The notes: a model not told the origin generated them from the letters alone. A stretch of DNA of 64,000 nucleotides from Eledone cirrhosa (GCA_964016885.1 OZ024740.1:95108001-95172000), one strand, 5' to 3'; shown: positions 46,720 to 61,568, counted from the first letter of the stretch. Numbers and translations: made by a program.

Positions 46720-47432
46720 GAAAGATTTGAATGGATACAGTTTAGTTGAAAGGAATTTATTGACACGTGTTTCTATAACAGTTACATAACCTAAAACAGC
46801 TGCTATCTACAAACTTTTAGTTATGCAGAAATTCAATATTTCAATGTTATTATTTACTGTCATTTCATCAGAATAATATTACTGAGGACCTATTTAGTTT
46901 TTATAGAGAATATTAGGAGGGAGGGGTGAAGTTGTTAGAAGAATAGTTGAAGGAGTGGTTTTTCGATAGCAGTGAGAATTCTTGGTGGCAGTGAGTAATT
47001 AGATTCCCATCTGTTGTTTTGACATGTTTTATAGAATATATTATTGGTTATTTTTCTAAATCTATAGAAGGATTAGAGATAGTAAAGATATGCGTGGTTG
47101 GTTTTGTGTTTGCACTTAATTAACATTCAGACTTAAATTTTTCCTTCAAGTGTACGTATCCTTTCACCCACGCATTCACACACAAATATATTTGCACACC
47201 TCTACAAAATACATATACTCACAATTCACATATTCATACTTACATATATATACACATGCATACACATATATATACACACATGTATTCATGTACATTCATA
47301 CGCGCTCATGTGTATACATTTTCATACTCAACTTATCTTTATATACACACGTATAGACACACACATATATACATACATACTCTAGTCCATGTGTACACAC
47401 ATACACATACATACACATCTATATACACATAT

Positions 47433-47463
<31 letters not shown>

Positions 47464-48395
47464 GTATATATATATATATATATATAAGCACTTTAATACA
47501 TGAATACACTTACATCTAACTATACACATCAAACATATATATATATTTACTTATTTATATACATGTTCACATATATATACATACTTATGGACGTTTTTAG
47601 ACACATTCATTATCGCATATTTGCACCTATTCTCATCAGCATATCTTTCCATTATTAGTGTGGTAATTTAAGGTTATTAATATATGTTGAGAAGAGATTG
47701 TTTTTATATTTTTCTAACTAGATTAAGGTTTATATAGTTGGGGGGATGTCCCCCTTTTATGTAATATTCAGCTTGTAGTGGGAAAAAAGGGTTTTAGTTC
47801 TGTGACGGCAGAATAATGTTCGTTCAATTCTGTTATTCAGCAGTTTCTTCTTGTGTGTGATTATGTAATAAATCTCAAGATTACACAATTTGCAGAAATT
47901 TTGGCTCCTGGAAAAGCTTTGGGTTTTAGCTAATTTCTCCCATTTTAGGGTAAACTTTTGATCGCAATCCCTGAGCGTCCAAGCTTTTTCTGCTAAAGTT
48001 GTTACATTTCTTTGCCTCTGGTGTTTTATTGAGTAAGAATGCCTATACAATCGAGATTTAAACGATGTTGCCGTTGATCCCACGTAATACCACTCGTTGC
48101 CTCCGGATTTAATGGTACACTTATAAATAATATTTTTTTCCAGGCAGTTATTGCCGAGGGGGCAGTTGTCAGGATAGGTGCAGTTACAGTTGTGTACGTT
48201 GGGTTTTCTCTGGAGTAGTATTGCGGACGAACTTAGGTGTGGTTTATTTATGTTCTGTAGTGTATTGTCTACTGTTTTTTTTGTGTTCTTTGTACTTAAG
48301 TTTTTAGTGTTTTCGTTTAACCTTCTAGTATTGATCTTTTTTATGTGTTGTTCAAGGTTTAACGCTGTAGAGTATGACAGTCTTATAGTGGTAGG
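46717..48395 (-). mobile_element. Naiad-type PLE 3' fragment (GIY-YIG and pLTR) embedded in (TA)n
   Basis: [19 protein letters not shown]...[65 protein letters not shown] (47757-48395). Confidence 0.9.
46757..46876 (-). ncRNA. Type I hammerhead ribozyme with long stem II
   Basis: ttatt-CTGATGA-a atgacagt(~70 nt)actgttat a-GAAAC-acgt-GTC-aataa. The core is fully canonical with palindromic acacgtgt. Confidence 0.78.
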
Positions 48396-48835
<440 letters not shown>

Positions 48836-49341
48836 TAGGTGTGTGTATGTGTGTGTGTGGGTGAGTGTATGTGTGTGTGTGTATTTATAGCAGATCATTT
48901 TTCGGTGCTACTGGAAAACCAGTACAGCCCTACCAAGCTTGTTCGGTGTGTATGGTGATTTTGGAAAGTTTGCCAGATGAAAAAAAAATCCCTCAAAGGG
49001 CGGAAGAACTGGCCGTCCAACAAAGTTTGTTATTTGCTTGTGGAGCGAGTGACCACTTGTCATCATCATGATATTTATCAAGGAGAAGATCACTCTGATA
49101 TAAAACTTTCGACTTTATTTTCATCCAATGATGCATATCAGTTCTTTTTTTGGAGTAAATGGATTTGATGTTCAGAGAGTGGATTTATCCCAGCGCAAAG
49201 CCTTTCATGCCTGAAAAAAGCTTGAAGCCAAGGCATTGTTTTATGTGTGACATTTCTTGCGATGCAAGCTGTTTCTTATTATAGGCAAGTCCTTAACTGG
49301 ACCAATCGATGTACAAAACGATGGCATTATTCGAAATCGAA

Positions 49342-49442
<101 letters not shown>

Positions 49443-50213
49443 GTATATATATATATGTTTATATATATATATATATATAATATATATATATATATATAAA
49501 TATAATTTCAGCGAGATCGCATTTCGTCAGTGGTCAAAAATAAAGGGAAACGCAACGTTTGTGATATGCGGCAAACGCTCAATGGACTAAAAGAAGACCA
49601 GGGCAATACACATAGGTTATAGAGGGCAAATATATTGAGAATGGCGGTCAAGAAGCCATCCCACACCAAAGCCAAAAAAACAAAGCAGGTTAAAAATGTC
49701 AAACGAAAGAATTTTCCTGGACCATTGGAATTAATGATATAATCCAGTAAAGGGTTTCTGCGACACCTAATTCAATTATACTGCCTGCTTCTATATTAAG
49801 CTTTTTGTATAATGATCGAACAAGGCTGCCACATTGTCAACAGGTATTTTGTTCTCAGCCAGCGAGCGGGATCCCAGCAGGAGTAATGTGTTGTATTCAT
49901 AGCCCCACGTGTATTACCCCGGAAGGGGGGTAATCCCAGTTTTTGGCGGATTAATTCATCATGTGTAAAATTAATTGCAAAACTGCACAAATCCAATTAA
50001 CCTCCCGACCGAGTTGTTTTTAATATAAACTTAAGCAATTAAATATTCTGTTGCGGCCGACGCGAAGGTTTAGTTTTGGTTATTTGTTGAAGATTTCTTC
50101 ATAGAAGCCTCATTCTTATAGCCTGGTGTATTCGATTTTTTATATAGTTAATTATGCTAATTGGGAGAGGAAATGGTATATATTTTATCTTGTGATTGTA
50201 TAGACATGTTTTA

Positions 50214-50249
<36 letters not shown>

Positions 50250-50253
<4 letters not shown>

Positions 50254-50408
50254 ATAATAATACATTTGAAGACTAAAATCCAAAGAGGGCTCGATAAGGA
50301 TAAATATATGTCAAATATATTAGAACCCTAGAGCAAATATTTATTAAAATAACAGATTTAAGTTTAAGCAAATAATCGCTGCTTTCACCCTTAACGAGAT
50401 CTTCTGAA
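50250..50408 (-). mobile_element. Solo pLTR tail of the 32690 family
   Basis: Near-identical to 32690-32848, next to (TA)n, and truncated right at the CAGAAGA core. Confidence 0.85.
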
Positions 50409-51059
50409 GACATTTAATATAACAAATATTATTGCTTATTTAAAATTGACTTCTCTTCAAAGTTTCAAATTTCTAGACTCCCGGTATATAATCGCCACCA
50501 CCACCTCTTCAACTAACATATATAGAAAGAGAGATTTGTGATAGGTGAGATACAGAAAGATAGAGTGATTTTGATTTTCAACACGCTGACGCGTATGTGT
50601 GTGTATGTTCACATACATACCTCTATATGTATGAGTATATATGTATTATGAGTATATAACTATAATCGGGCAAACAGGAACTCATAAAAATACACGCTCA
50701 CCGACATACATTCACTCTAATACACATGCTTTCACACATATACATTTACACAAACATATTGACACATACATTTACACAAACACACTCATATAGTCATGAT
50801 AGCAGCATTCGATGGATTGGAAATGGGAGGGTAAAACAAGTAAATCGTGTTTTTTGTTTAACTCATTTGTATAAACATTTAATATAAATCTTACAGAACG
50901 AAAACACTAACAAATATAATATATACAAAGGAAAGGGAAAGAAAAAAAGAAATAGAATAAAATACACAAACACGTAATACCCACATAGAACAATATGCAT
51001 GCGAAAGAGTGGAAAAACGAGACGCTACCAGGGCAAAATATATGAATATAGCAAGGAGC

Positions 51060-51500
51060 ACGGGGAATCCTCTCTAATAATTTTTATGCAAGCCAGCACG
51101 CTCGCAGCGTAACCTGGGGTGACGGCGAGGCTGAGGTGCTTGAACAACCAAGTGCCCTCACGAGCATCACTAGTTAACCCTGTTGGCGAGCGTCAGTGAA
51201 GATAAGAATAATGCTGCCAGTAGCCTATCTCCCCCAAACGTCTCGAACGCCACAGGCTGGATTAACTGACAGAACACGGTATTTTAGGATTTTGTTCCGT
51301 TCAGCGGCAGATACTCTCGCAGTAGCTCTCGACTTTACCACTGCATCCAGGATATGGGAAGAAGCAAAATAGTAACTAACTGCGACGTCCCAGGAAAAGC
51401 ACCTACCTCTTGACCAGGAGCAGAGAGTAAGACCGTCAAACATTTTGCCATCAATTCTGGACAATCCAGACGGTTCTAATATTGGGGGAATGCTTACCTG
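51060..51500 (-). mobile_element. CRE-like non-LTR retrotransposon restriction-like endonuclease relic
   Basis: LEPSGLSRIDGKMFDGLTLCSWSRGRCFSWDVAV...AAERNKILKY matches the EPxGLxRxDGKRPDGxT..W..G...WD..K..KY pattern. Confidence 0.75.
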
Positions 51501-51689
51501 GACTAAAGCTCTTAAATGGTAATAGGACAGTGTGCGTATGTGCACGAGTGATTTTATCAGCGTTCTTAATTTAGAGACATGTATGTATGTGTGTGTCACT
51601 GTTTTAAAGTTAGACATATATGTGTGTATCTCCGCACTTCACTTTACACACACATACATTCACTCAAACACATATACACATTCTATGAT

Positions 51690-51980
51690 GAACGGGTGGA
51701 GAGGAGTCCCTCCAATTTAGGTTCATGTGAATGTAGTTCTACTGAAGCAGTTAGAGGAGTGGAAGTATCTTGGAACCGAGTTCATGAGTGATGGAATGCA
51801 GCAGGCTGAATTATGTGCAAGTATTGCAAAAGCTGATGCAGTAATGCGCTAGCCTCAGTATTCAGCACTCAGAAGAAAGGGGTAGGTGTAATAGCCAAAC
51901 CGCTGTCTTCCTGGTATTCCTTCCAAATCTTACCGAGAATCATGAATATTGAGTAATGACCAAAAGTGTTGAAGTTCGTA
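51690..51980 (+). mobile_element. LINE RT C-terminal relic
   Basis: LKQLEEWKYLGTEFMSDGMQQAELCASIAKADAVMR resembles the 'FKYLG...EI..RI.KA' region. Confidence 0.6.
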
Positions 51981-52623
51981 TGTATGTGTACTACAACACA
52001 AAAACACTTGAATGAAAATCACCTATCCAACTCTATCACGTGCTTTGCATTCCACCTCACATAACAAATATCACCATTATCACCACACACCTCTCTAATA
52101 AATTGCACACTATCTTAAACATTTCTAACAATGATAACATGCTTTAACACCACACACAAAATATGTTTATTTCAAATGCATTATAACTCTCTCCTCATAC
52201 ATGCCTTATGACTGTATTGACTCCTGCATTGTACACCCATAACATTAACTGTCCTCCAATGTTAAGATATCTTATATCTCATATCTTATGTCTATCCTAT
52301 CCCACGATTTTCCTTGCTCATAAGTTGTTTGCCTATACTTTTTGCTTATACCTCTTACACTTTCAACCAGTGCTGCCTGGAATTCTCTCAAGCATAACAT
52401 ATGTTTAACTCCTGAGTCTCCACATGATGTCTATGACACTAACAACAATTATGTACCCTAAATGTTCTGAATGACTATGATTCTAGTGGCCATGTTTCGA
52501 CATTCCCTATGCTCCGATGATACTCTATGATACCCGATGATTCCCTATGCTCCAGACTTCCCTCTGGAAAAAAATTGTCAGCAAATAAATATTATAAACT
52601 AATATTTGATCGTTTTAACACTT

Positions 52624-52703
<80 letters not shown>

Positions 52704-53033
52704 CTCTTTTAACAGTTATTTCTGATGATCTGGTTAAGCTAACATCGTATTTAAATTGAGTGGCACAGCTTCAAGTGTTCAGCAATTTTTAGAGACAACT
52801 TAATCAGTGAAACAATTGTTAATACTATAAATAAAACCCTTTTCTGTAATGTTGACCATGTTATTCTTCACACTTTCAATATTATTACTCCAAGATCAAC
52901 TTATATAGGAATTCAAGAGAACTCCAAACTCGCCACCGACGTAAACCTCTTCTTGAGTCAAACAACGCCGTACGGAGTATTGGAGTATTCACAACCTGTA
53001 ACTGGTTTACCTATAACGATATTTTGTTATCTA

Positions 53034-53113
<80 letters not shown>

Positions 53114-53123
53114 CTGTGTCTGT

Positions 53124-53159
<36 letters not shown>

Positions 53160-53162
<3 letters not shown>

Positions 53163-56100
53163 CTGTCTCGTGGTCGGGACGTCGACGACTAAACCGGCAA
53201 CCCCATCAAACTTGCTTGGTGATGAGGGTGATATTTGGTCACCCTGCGAGATGATATACAAGACCTGGCAAATGGAGCAGGAACTCAGCAGAGTCAACGG
53301 CCATCCAAATAGTACTTTATTTTTTATTATATTTTTGTTTACCTGGGAGTGAAGGGCCCCTCAGTTGTTGTTACAACACCTTTCTATGAGAGGGAAACTC
53401 TGAAAAACAACCTGTGGCTTAGGAAACATCCGATTTTAGTTACCAGTTCTCCTTTTCGGGTAGTGTTTTCGATGCCCAGAGAGTGGGATTGGTCGCGTGC
53501 AAGGCCTTACCCCACTTAAAAACATTCAAAGCACAGGCATCGCTTATTCAGGATCTCTTACAGGTTCGTGTGGCTGGCCGCAGCCTAAACGTGCAACAAA
53601 CTCTATGATGACAGATGATAACCTTGAAGAGAATTGCAGTAAGTGCTCTGGACTTATTGTGTCCCATAGCACCGCAGCGTGGACCCGGCTGTCATCCTAC
53701 AACTGCACGGAGGTTCAAACCTCTGAATATTGGATGCTGGAATATAAGAACTTAACTGGATTCCCAGTCCAGTAAAACTCACCCTGAAAGAAGATCTGCA
53801 TTGGTGTCGAGGGAACTCAATCGCTATATCATGGACATCGTTACTCTTTGAGAAACGATATTGGCATGTGAGGGTCAATTCACAGAGCAGAAGGGAGGAT
53901 ATAACTTCTATTGAAGTGGTGGAGCAGAGGGTTGTAGGAGAGAGGCAGGGGTGCGTCTTTGCTGTCAGGAATGGAATCGTCTCAAAGCCGGAAAATCTTC
54001 ATTGTTGAACGGATAATGTCCATGAGATTCCATGTGATTCAAAACCGCTTTGTGGTTCTGGTCAGTGTGTATGCTCCTACTATGTGTACCAGTGATGATG
54101 AAAAACTAAGTTTCTACATGTCTTTGAGAGAGGTCATCCATGGTTTAGCTTATGCAGACAAGATTGTCATCCTTGGTGATTGTAATGCACGTGTTGGTAA
54201 TGACTGGGAAGCTTGGAGTGTGATGGGCAAGCATAGAGTAGGTAAGTGCAATGACAAGGGTCTACCTCTGTTGCAGATGTGCACTGAGATGGTGGATCAT
54301 CTAGTTGGGAACACGCTCTTTCAACAGAAAGACAAATATAAGACAGCTTGGATGCATCCAGGTTCCAAGAAGTGGCACCTTATTGACTTCGTTTTAACGA
54401 GAAAACGTGATATCAGGGATAACACATTGGTTCGTGTATTGCGATGCGCGGAATGTTAGACTGGTCATCGTCTGGTGTGCGCCAAATTTCAATTTGTTGT
54501 GAAGCCCAAAGTAAGGGGGAAGAAGGTTGCACTTCCAAAACAACTAATGGTCGTCTGAAAACAGAGAAAGTCAGAGCTGAGCTGTCGAGGTCTCTTGAGT
54601 CAATGTGAACACACTTGTGAATCATTGAAGAAACCCTCTATGATGTTAGTGCTGGAGTTTTGGGTCATACCAATAGAACACATAAAGACTGGTTCGATGA
54701 AAATGATGCAGTGATCCAGACCTTGCATGAAGAGAAACAAAACGTGGTGACATCATTGTTGTGTGAAACACGTTCTGATAGGAATGACCGGACCTTCAGG
54801 CAGATCAAGGCACGTGTGCAACATTGATTGAGAGCCATGCAAGATACCAGGTGGAGCCAAAAGGCTGATGAAATCCAGAAGGCCTCAGATAGACATGATA
54901 CAAAGCTCCTATACAGTCTGCTCAGGTAGGTGTCTGGTCCAACCGGTTCACAAATATCACCACTTCGCCTCGGGGACGGCAACGAAATGCTCAGAGATCC
55001 GAAGGAAATACTGATCAGGTGACATGACCATTTGATGAGCTCTCCTCTTTCATTTGATGAGAATGTTTATATGCAGATGATTGTGATCTCTTTGCACACT
55101 CACAGAGTGACATGCAACACCTTATGGATTATTTTTCCAATGCGTGCAGTGCTTTGGGACTGATAATCAGTCTGAAGAAGACTGTCGCCATGTATAACCT
55201 GCTCCGGATAACGTTTTCAATGAACTCTCCATATACGTATACGGTCAAAAGCTGAAGGCTGCTGTCACATGTGTGTATTTGGGGAGTATATCTGAGTGCG
55301 GCCTGCTCTATGGATGCAGAAGTTGGTCTACGTGTTAGTAAGGCAAGTGAGTCATTTGAAGGCTCAACCACCGTCTTTGCTGCAGGCGAGGAATCACAAG
55401 GTGAGAGTGTATACTACATGTGCACTGTCATCTTTGCTGTATGCATGTGCGACATGGGTCGCCTACAAGTGGCATATCCACAGACTGGAACGGTTCCACC
55501 AGCAGTGACGCAGAAGGATGCTCGGTATCAAGTGGCAGATGCATGTGAGTGATGTTGAGGTCCTTGAGACAAGTGATTGTCGGAGCATTGAGAGTATCAT
55601 CCAACAATAGGCGTTTGTGATGATCCGGACACCTCTGCAGAATGGAGAATGATCGAATCCCAAAACAACTCTTCAATGGTGAGATTTGTGAGGATAAGTG
55701 ACCTCCTCACAAGTAAAGGCTCCGATTCAAGAATTGTCTAAAATACTCATTGCAAAAACAAACTGATTTGATGATGGCTGACTAGGAGATAGAAGCTCTT
55801 GAAAGAGACACTTGGCATGGAATGGTGAATGATGGGGTCCATAATTTTGAGGACAGACGCATAGAGCACGAGAAGATCAAACGGGATGTGCGAAAGCAAT
55901 GCCCTGGTGTATCTCTCGAAACGATCGGTGTCTTCATTGAATTGAAGTGCCCTGAGTGTGGAAACATTTGCTTGAGTAAATCTTGTCTCAAGAGCCACAG
56001 TCGCAGTCCTGTTCAAAGAGAACCAGTGAACTATGATCTCCACGGTGTTTTGAGGGCAACCTGATGCAGGACATCAAGCCAGGGAGATCCATAGTAGTCG

Positions 56101-56210
56101 TCAGTGTGTGAAGGAGTGCAAGCCTCTAGCAGGCTTGAAAAGCCATATCCGAGCGTCACACATCTGAATCTGACAAGTGATTGCGATACTCATGGCAGAG
56201 TGTGAAGCCA
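53160..56210 (+). mobile_element. RTE-clade LINE, degenerate and internally deleted
   Basis: APE motifs: LNIGCWNIRT, VSVYAPT, ILGDCNARVG, TAWMHPGSKKWHLIDFVL. RT YADD occurs near 55068, with RT domains 1-4 missing. C-terminal C2H2-like fingers include CPECGNICLSKSCLKSH. Flanked by (TG)n and (CA)n. Confidence 0.88.
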
Positions 56211-56286
56211 TCACACACACACACACACACACATACACCCACCCACCCACACACCCACACCCACACACCCACACACATACACACAT

Positions 56287-56318
<32 letters not shown>

Positions 56319-57261
56319 TCATATATATATATACATTTAGTTTTTTATATATGTATATGTATCCTCGGTTCAATCGGGGCTGACAGGACTAAATCTGTTT
56401 CATCGGAAACGAATGAAACAGCTCCAGTCCTGTAGAAGTCATTTCTATTTCAAATATATTAATATATATATACATATATATGCGTGTGTGAGAGCGAGAG
56501 AGAGGGCGATAGAGAGAGTGTGTGTGTATGTGTGTATGCGTGTGTGTCTGTGTGTGCATATATATAAACATACATATATATAAACACAACTCATTGTCCG
56601 TAGATGTCGAATAATGTAGCTGTACATGTTCGACGGAGTTTTGAGCCCCAATATATTTGCTTTCCTTTGTGAGTGCCTTGTGTACGTGTGTATGTTATAA
56701 CTACGACAAAGATAGCGTATTAGCATTTTGCTATAATATTCCCTGAGATAAATGACAGTTAATGTCACAAGCAAATGATTAATCTTTCACCTAGTGAAAA
56801 TAAAATATCAGCTAAATTATTGCCAATAACATTTCCCAGTTCAAGAAGAAATTTGTTTCAAAATTTGGTTTCTATTGATCGTGCTATTTTCAGATATCCT
56901 GAAAAATATAACTAAGAAATGGTCTAGCTAAATTATACAACGCGTTAAGGTTTGTTTAGCAGAAATTACAAATACGTATTCTGATGCAAAACGCAACAGA
57001 TTATAGTACTTTCATGTGCATAACGAATATCGATCAGGCTGGCGTGAGACGTTCATTTCCTAGTTGCATCTATAGAACAATATTATGTTATTTTCTCTAA
57101 TCTAATGAATATCATGTAAAACTAAATGTTGTGCTGCTATATAGAATAGTATAATATTTCCTTTTTAAACTATGTTTCTCATATAATTGGCGGAAAATGT
57201 TTCAGCAAATTTTGCAGATTTGTAATAGAATGTGCTCAAATAGAACACAGTCAACCACAAA

Positions 57262-57459
<198 letters not shown>

Positions 57460-57581
57460 GAGTGGTATGTTAGATTCCCACCGTTTTAATGCTGGTGGCT
57501 GTCGAAACGGCTGGATTCCAGCCGACGGTGTATTGACTCTTTTCCTACACACATATACACACATACACACACCCACAAACA

Positions 57582-57711
<130 letters not shown>

Positions 57712-57734
57712 GAGAGAGAGAGAGAGAGTGAGAG

Positions 57735-57768
<34 letters not shown>

Positions 57769-57776
57769 TAGAGAGA

Positions 57777-57816
<40 letters not shown>

Positions 57817-57829
57817 GAGAGAGAGAGAG

Positions 57830-59285
57830 ACGATAACTCCACCATTAGAAAACTGGGCATCAACATGAGATATATTTCTCCCTAAGTATCTATCATCAAC
57901 ATCAGAGTTTAAAGGGCAACGGTCAAGTCCAGTCCATAAGTTGACATTATCATACCGATCATTGCTTCTCTTACCAAACAACTTTCCATCTAGGCATGAC
58001 TTACTCACACTAAGATTTGATAGTTTGATATAACCATACAGTTTAACCACTCCTGACAACCGATGTAATTAATCTAAGGCTGGTAATGTTGAGCAGCTAA
58101 CAGACACAAATTCGGTCACTGAGCCGCTTGCCATACATATGTCGCATGATGTGGTTCTGGAATGTAGAGAGCATCTGAAGTGTCCTTGTCGTCCATTTAG
58201 CACAATCACGACCATATAACACACAACTGGTAGGATGTAAGCATCGAATATCTTAACCTTCAAATTATAGCAAATTCGTTTTGATGTTATTACTTCCTTG
58301 TACTTGTTGGAAGCTGCCCAACCTAGATAATTGCGAAACTCCGTAACTTGAGCCATTTGCTGGAGTAGACTGTGCGTTAGAGATTGGCGTTGTTTTTATC
58401 AGTTATCATACACTTTGCTTTGGAGATGTGTATGTGTAAGGCAGCCTCTAGTTAATGGCCAGTACATTCATTTGTTTTGCAGATCAGTTCTAGAGTATCT
58501 CATGATGGCCCATATCGTCTGCATAGCTGAGATTTGATATGTTTTACTTCTTATTTGAAAGCCGGAAAAACATCTTCGATTTCGTAGAAAATTGCAGTAA
58601 TAATTATACAGAAACGAAATGCTGATAGTACATCTTCCTGCTTAACTAACTTAAAAATGCCTATACATATTGTAGTTCCCATATCTGTTTTGATATATGC
58701 TGTTGAGTTTGTGTATGTTTCGTTCAGTAGGTTAATATATTTTTTGTTAATTGAGTTCTTTTAGGAATATGCCACAAGCTAGGTAATTTCACGTTTTCAA
58801 AAGTTTTTTTTGAAGTCAATGAAGGTGACATGCACAGGGTTGTGGAATGTTATTGATTTCTCAATGATTTGTTCAAGAGCTAGGATCTGCTCAATGGTCA
58901 CTCTACCAGGTTGATACGGAGCTTGTGTTTCAGGAAATAAGTATTGAAGATCCGACTTCACTCGTGCTGTAATGGTACTCATATAAAGCTTATACAAATA
59001 ACTCAATAGTCTGATATGATTATAGTTCCCACAATCAAGTCTGCTACATTTTTTTTGTAGAGTAGAACTATCAACTTTTTCTTGAACATATCTGGGCTTC
59101 TTCCTGTAGTGATAATACGTTTAAAAATATGTTGATGTGCATTGATAATTGGTTCGACCCTAGCTTTGATGAATTCTGAGTATATGTTGTCCTGTCCAGG
59201 GCTTTTTCCTCGCTTCAAATGTTCGATGGCATGAAATATCTCGCTAGCTAAGATAAATGGAATGGCATTTGAATTCGAATTATGA
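57830..59285 (-). mobile_element. RTE-like LINE, RT and 3' half, degenerate
   Basis: LKRGKSPGQDNIYSEFIK, QAPYQPGRVTIEQI..VTFIDFKK, NLSYADDM (about 58510-58535), [23 protein letters not shown]. Confidence 0.85.
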
Positions 59286-59289
59286 AGTG

Positions 59290-60695
59290 TTGTTGGCTCT
59301 CAGTTGCTGAAGGACAGTTTTTCATAGAATTTACCCCCGCGTTCAAGGATATCATCTTTGGAATTCAGTCGCCTCAGAAATTCGATGTCCAGAGGAGTCC
59401 ACCGCCAGACCCTCGAAGAGTAAACAGGAAGGCATGCCAGCAGCCCAAGACTGATGTCACAGCTACGATTAGGGAATCACACCACCAACCTCGGATTAGT
59501 TTGATTCATATCAATAGAAGAAATGCCTAGACACAGTAACAAACTTTAAATATCTGCATATACAACACACATACCATCAATGACTGTAATACCAACTCTC
59601 TTGAGACAATGATGTATGTGATTGAGAAAGTAAACTGTGATATTATTGGACTATACAGGACTAAATCAAACGGAAACTAAATAAGGATACACCAAGATAC
59701 CGGACACTATATTTATCTGGCAAGCTATAGAACTAGTTGCATGACAGGAGTGGGTTTCTAATCGAACGAAAAGTGTGCATCATCAGTACACAAATATCAA
59801 TATGTATCAGACACACTAGTTGTTCTGAGTTTGAAATGCAAATGTTGTAAACTCATACTTATCCAGTGGTATTTTCCCACAACTACACACATCTATATGA
59901 AGAAGTCAATGAGTTATATGGCAACATACAGGCCATTTCAGATGGGACAGTGAAGATGTATCACCTCTATCTGGTGAGTCAAATTAAGTTTAAAGTTTGA
60001 CATTTAGCTCGAGAGGCGAGCTTTTAGTCCAATTTTGTATGACGGACAATATGTAGATCACCAACATAAAATTTCAAAACAAAAACCTGTTCACTTTGTA
60101 TCACTACACGGTATACATAACAATCAAATAGACTATAAAAACAATACATTTTCTGCAAGACTAAGCATATTAGACAACATTGCTCTTAACGCCAATGATA
60201 TATCTGTCCATCGAATTGTGCGCACATTTCGCATCAACTAATAGTTTAGACAAACTCTCATGTAACAAAACAGCAAGCTGATTCAAACTCGAGTTGCAAA
60301 ACCGTTTTTCACCTTTGCAATCTGATGAAGTCCCCGACGATATTTATGATACTATCTGCAGAGGCATAAAAGACGTGTCTGAAGATATTTTACCAAAGCA
60401 AAGTATTTGAATCCCACAGTGGATTTCACAACAAACAAACAAAGCAATATCTGAAAAATATAGAATCAGAAGAGAACATAGTCACACATAGGGGCAATAT
60501 AGAATAGCAAAGGATGAGTCCCACACATTAGATAAATCGGACAAACTGAAGCAAATGTTCAACAACATTGATAAACTGAATAACCTACCAACCAACAAGT
60601 TATATCATGCTGTTCTGAAGAAACAAATGACTAAGAAATCTTAGCTGGGGCATTAATTATTCAAACGATTCTATCCTTACATCCAAAGATGATAT
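59290..60695 (+). mobile_element. LINE 5' half (APE endonuclease and linker), inverted relative to 57830-59285
   Basis: TLNICIYNT, NCDIIGL, TGVGFL, LIQWYFPTT, HNNQIDY, DISVHRIVR, and finally WGINYSNDSILTSKDD. Confidence 0.72.
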
Positions 60696-60962
60696 ATATA
60701 TATATATAATTGGTGTTCAATGTTTAAAGCGTCCGTATGCGGTAGGCCGTACGAGCACTCGATGCTCTCATAGAGCAAATTATGCTATCACTTGAAAAAA
60801 AGAGAATGAGTGTTGCGACGAATGGAATTTATTGGACTTATTACAATCGTTTCTCTGGCGACCAGCTCCAGGCACGATTGATGTGATTTTCGAACCTGAC
60901 TCTCAAAACCACAAGGTCCTTATATACGTATTTATTCTACGTAGCAGATGTTAATATGTTAT

Positions 60963-61035
<73 letters not shown>

Positions 61036-61050
61036 AATATATATATATAT

Positions 61051-61568
61051 ATTAGAAATGTTAGCTATTGCCGTACTTTGACTAAAGAAATTAAAGAAAT
61101 GATTTAGCCTGATAGTGGGGTTAAGAACCCTCGGAGAAATGGAAAAAGATGAGTATTTACGTACATGGCAATCGAACCCACATATTTGGTTATCCGGACC
61201 ACCGTGTTACCATTTACACCAACACATCACCCGTCTATTTCCATTCAAATTAGAAGCTATAAACTTGGATTTGAAATTATTAGAAATTATTTGTAATCAT
61301 TTTAAATCCACTCGCTGTTTCGAAAATATTCTTACTTGACATTAGAGTCGCTAAGTTTATAGCTTCTAATTTGAATGGAAAGAGACGGGTGATGTGTTGG
61401 TGTAAATGGTAGCACAGTGGTCCGGATAACTAAAGGTGTGGGTTCGACTCCCATGTACGACAATACTCATCTTTTTCCATTTCTCCGAGGGTTCTTAACC
61501 CCACTATCAGGCTAAATAATTTCTTTAATTTCTTTAGTCAAAATACGGCGATAGCTAAGATTTCTAAT
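61051..61568. repeat. Fold-back element whose arms contain a tRNA-like sequence
   Basis: 61051-61266 is an inverted repeat of 61353-61568. The spacer segment 61300-61337 is directly repeated at 61571-61608. Confidence 0.9.
61391..61461 (+). pseudogene. tRNA-like sequence (pseudo-tRNA or SINE head), second copy at about 61158-61228 (-)
   Basis: D arm gtgt-aaatggta-gcac, anticodon arm tggt-ccggata-acta, T arm gtggg-TTCGACT-cccat. The acceptor stem is weak and U33 is absent. Confidence 0.65.

Noticed and set aside
52490-52560. Short spaced repeats (ttccctatgctcc / ccgatga) resembling a CRISPR array
   Set aside because: There are only 2-3 degenerate tandem units with no unique spacers, in a eukaryotic context without cas genes.
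56362-56455. Hairpin acaggact...agtcctgt, with a homolog at 7028-7145
   Set aside because: It has no valid HHR core. It is probably a fragment of a small TIR repeat and too partial to define.
60835-60910. GAAAC-gatt-GTA on the minus strand
   Set aside because: No upstream CUGANGA or stem I partner could be identified.
61391-61461. Functional tRNA-Ser(GGA) gene
   Set aside because: It has a mismatched acceptor stem, no U33 and no long variable arm, and it lies inside a repeat.
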